From Malacoraja senta (Eukaryota), in assembly GCA_038087875.1 (NCBI GenBank), contig CM075995.1, forward strand, positions 622,001 through 686,000: DNA of 64,000 bases, read 5' to 3'. This document shows positions 62,019-64,000 of the stretch, one piece after another. The position numbers were made by a program, and so were the translations under genes. Each line of letters opens with the position of its first letter. Within the stretch, counting starts at the first letter, position 1. A model generated the notes under the pieces. It saw nothing but the letters and a program-made list of their open reading frames with translations, ran no database searches and had not been told where the DNA came from.

Positions 62019-64000
62019 TTAGTTTTAGGAATCTGGCAAGTTAGAGGGCCAGGCGTGGTGAGGGACGACTGTTCGCTGGACGACCGGAATGGAGGGGGTG
62101 ACCTCTTGCATTTGGACTCAGTGGATTGTTCTGTATATTCTGTATTAACTGGGGTGATTGTGTTTATGTACGGAGTCAGTCTTGCTGAGCTGTATGCAGA
62201 AAATATATTTCACTGTACCTGGTACACGCGACAATAAATAAACCATTGGTCTTTTAAACCATTTATATGCCTCACGCTGCCCGGCAAGGCCAGCAGCATA
62301 ATCAAGGATGAGTCTCACCCCGGCTACTCCCTCTTCTCCCCTCTCCCATCAGGGTAAAAGTATAGCAGTGTGAAAACGCACACCTCCAGATTCAGGGACA
62401 GTTTCTTCCCAGGTGTTGCCAGGCAACTGAATCATCCTACCACAACCAGAGAGCAGTCAATAGACAATAGGTGCAGGAGTAGGACGTTCGGCCCTTCAAG
62501 CCAGCACCGCCATTCAATGTGATCATGGCTGATCATCCACAATCAGTACCCCGTTCCTGCCTTCTCCCCATATCCCCTGACTCCGCTATCTTTAAGAGCC
62601 CTATCTAGCTCTCTCTTGAAAGCATCCAGAGAACCTGCCTCCACCGCCCTCTGAGGCAGAGAACTTATACATAAATATATATATATATATTGTTTACATA
62701 ATACTATGTTACATATTCTTGTGTGCTGCTGCAAGTAAGAATTTCATTGATCTGTCTGGGGCATATGACAATAAAACACTCTTGACTTTACTCTTCCCCG
62801 ACATGTGTATGTTGTAAAACTTTCTATCAGTGGTACAACTGCCCACACAAGGTGTAGGTTCTGATCTAACTCCTGCCTTGCAGTTAGCCTTTGTGCTCCT
62901 GGCCAGACTCTGTGCATTGAAGTCCAGCAGGCAATGGGAATTTGGATCACGCTGGGCTGTGATCTCCCTGATGCACTTCAGTCAGCTGCAAGTGTGGATA
63001 CAGCTGCTCCCACCCTCACAAGGCATGTGTGTGCAACTTCATCTTTTCCAATGTAAAAAACACACTCAAACAGCTGAAAAAAGTGTTCAAACGGCCTTCT
63101 TACTTTACACTGCATGGTTTAGTTTTGTTTATTGTCACGCGTACCGAGGTCCGTACCGACCAGCGATCCCCGCACACTAACAAGACCCCACACACACACA
63201 CTGGGGACAATTTACATTTATACCAAGCCAATTAACCTGCAAACCTGTACGTCTTTGGAGTGTGGGAGGAAACCGGAGATCTCGGAGTAAACCCATGCAG
63301 GTCACGCGGCGAGGATGCACAAACTCCGTACAGACAACACTCGTGGTCAGGATTGAACCTGGGTCTCTGGTGCTGCAAGCGCTGCAAGGCAGCAACTCTA
63401 CCGCTGCGCTACTGTTTTCTCCGCCCTACGGAGAAAACCCACACGGTCACGGGGAGGACGTGCAAACTCTGTACAGACAGCGCTGTGGTCGTGATCGAAC
63501 CCGGGTCTCTGGCGCTGCAAGCGCTGCAAGGCAGCAACTCTACCGCTGCGCCACCGTGCAGCTACATGTTGCGTGCTATCCAGTCAGCAGAAAGGCAATA
63601 CGTGATTACAATCGACCCATTTAAAGTCTATAGACGAAATGTTGCTGTCGGGGTAGAGATTTAAGAGTGTGGAGCGATTGTAATGTGAGTTTGTAGATCT
63701 GCTTCTGTGGCCAGCACGCAAATAGTCGCCTGCGTTGGACGCCATCTTGGAAGCCATCTTGGAAAGACTACCTAAATGAAACTAAACTAACCTTCTTGTT
63801 TTACACTGCATAATTGAGGCTTGACAACACCAGCAACTGAGGCTGGTTTGAAAGAGACAGGCAGACCGGATAGGGAATACCGTACAAAACAATTCTTTAG
63901 AGTTTACTTTAGTGCTGCAGCATGGAAATATGCCCTTCGGCCCACCGAGTCCACGCCGACCAGCGATCACTATCCTACACTCTCGGGACGATTTACAATG

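Overview
Vertebrate genomic DNA, very likely a cartilaginous fish (skate/ray/shark), inferred from dense HE1-like tRNA-headed V-SINEs that share their 3' end with abundant CR1 (HER1-like) LINEs. Two protein-coding genes lie on the minus strand in the same tandem order as in mammals. The first is the 3' part of CAP2 (adenylyl cyclase-associated protein): four coding exons at 37880-38036, 34151-34326, 23437-23560 and 19284-19367, with two expected exons not found, probably hidden in the 200-N gap at 22893-23092. The second is the first coding exon of FAM8A1 (11657-12131). Most of the remainder is interspersed repeat: CR1, Rex1/Babar, L2, L1/Tx1-like, RTE-like, Penelope-like, Harbinger-type MITEs, a THAP-bearing foldback DNA element, a Tc1 fragment and a ~770 bp TG/TA microsatellite. 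The most notable observations are: (1) a high-copy Penelope-like repeat carrying a minimal hammerhead-ribozyme core, including a tandem double core; (2) a ~1.5 kb imperfect palindrome spanning the FAM8A1 upstream region; (3) a tRNA-less modular retroposon family with a covarying hairpin and swapped 3' tails; (4) Harbinger-type MITEs with non-identical TAA/TTA flanks; (5) a 44 bp locally templated inverted capture at a CR1 5' junction. All identifications were made by eye from recalled family features. No searches were run, and repeat boundaries are approximate.
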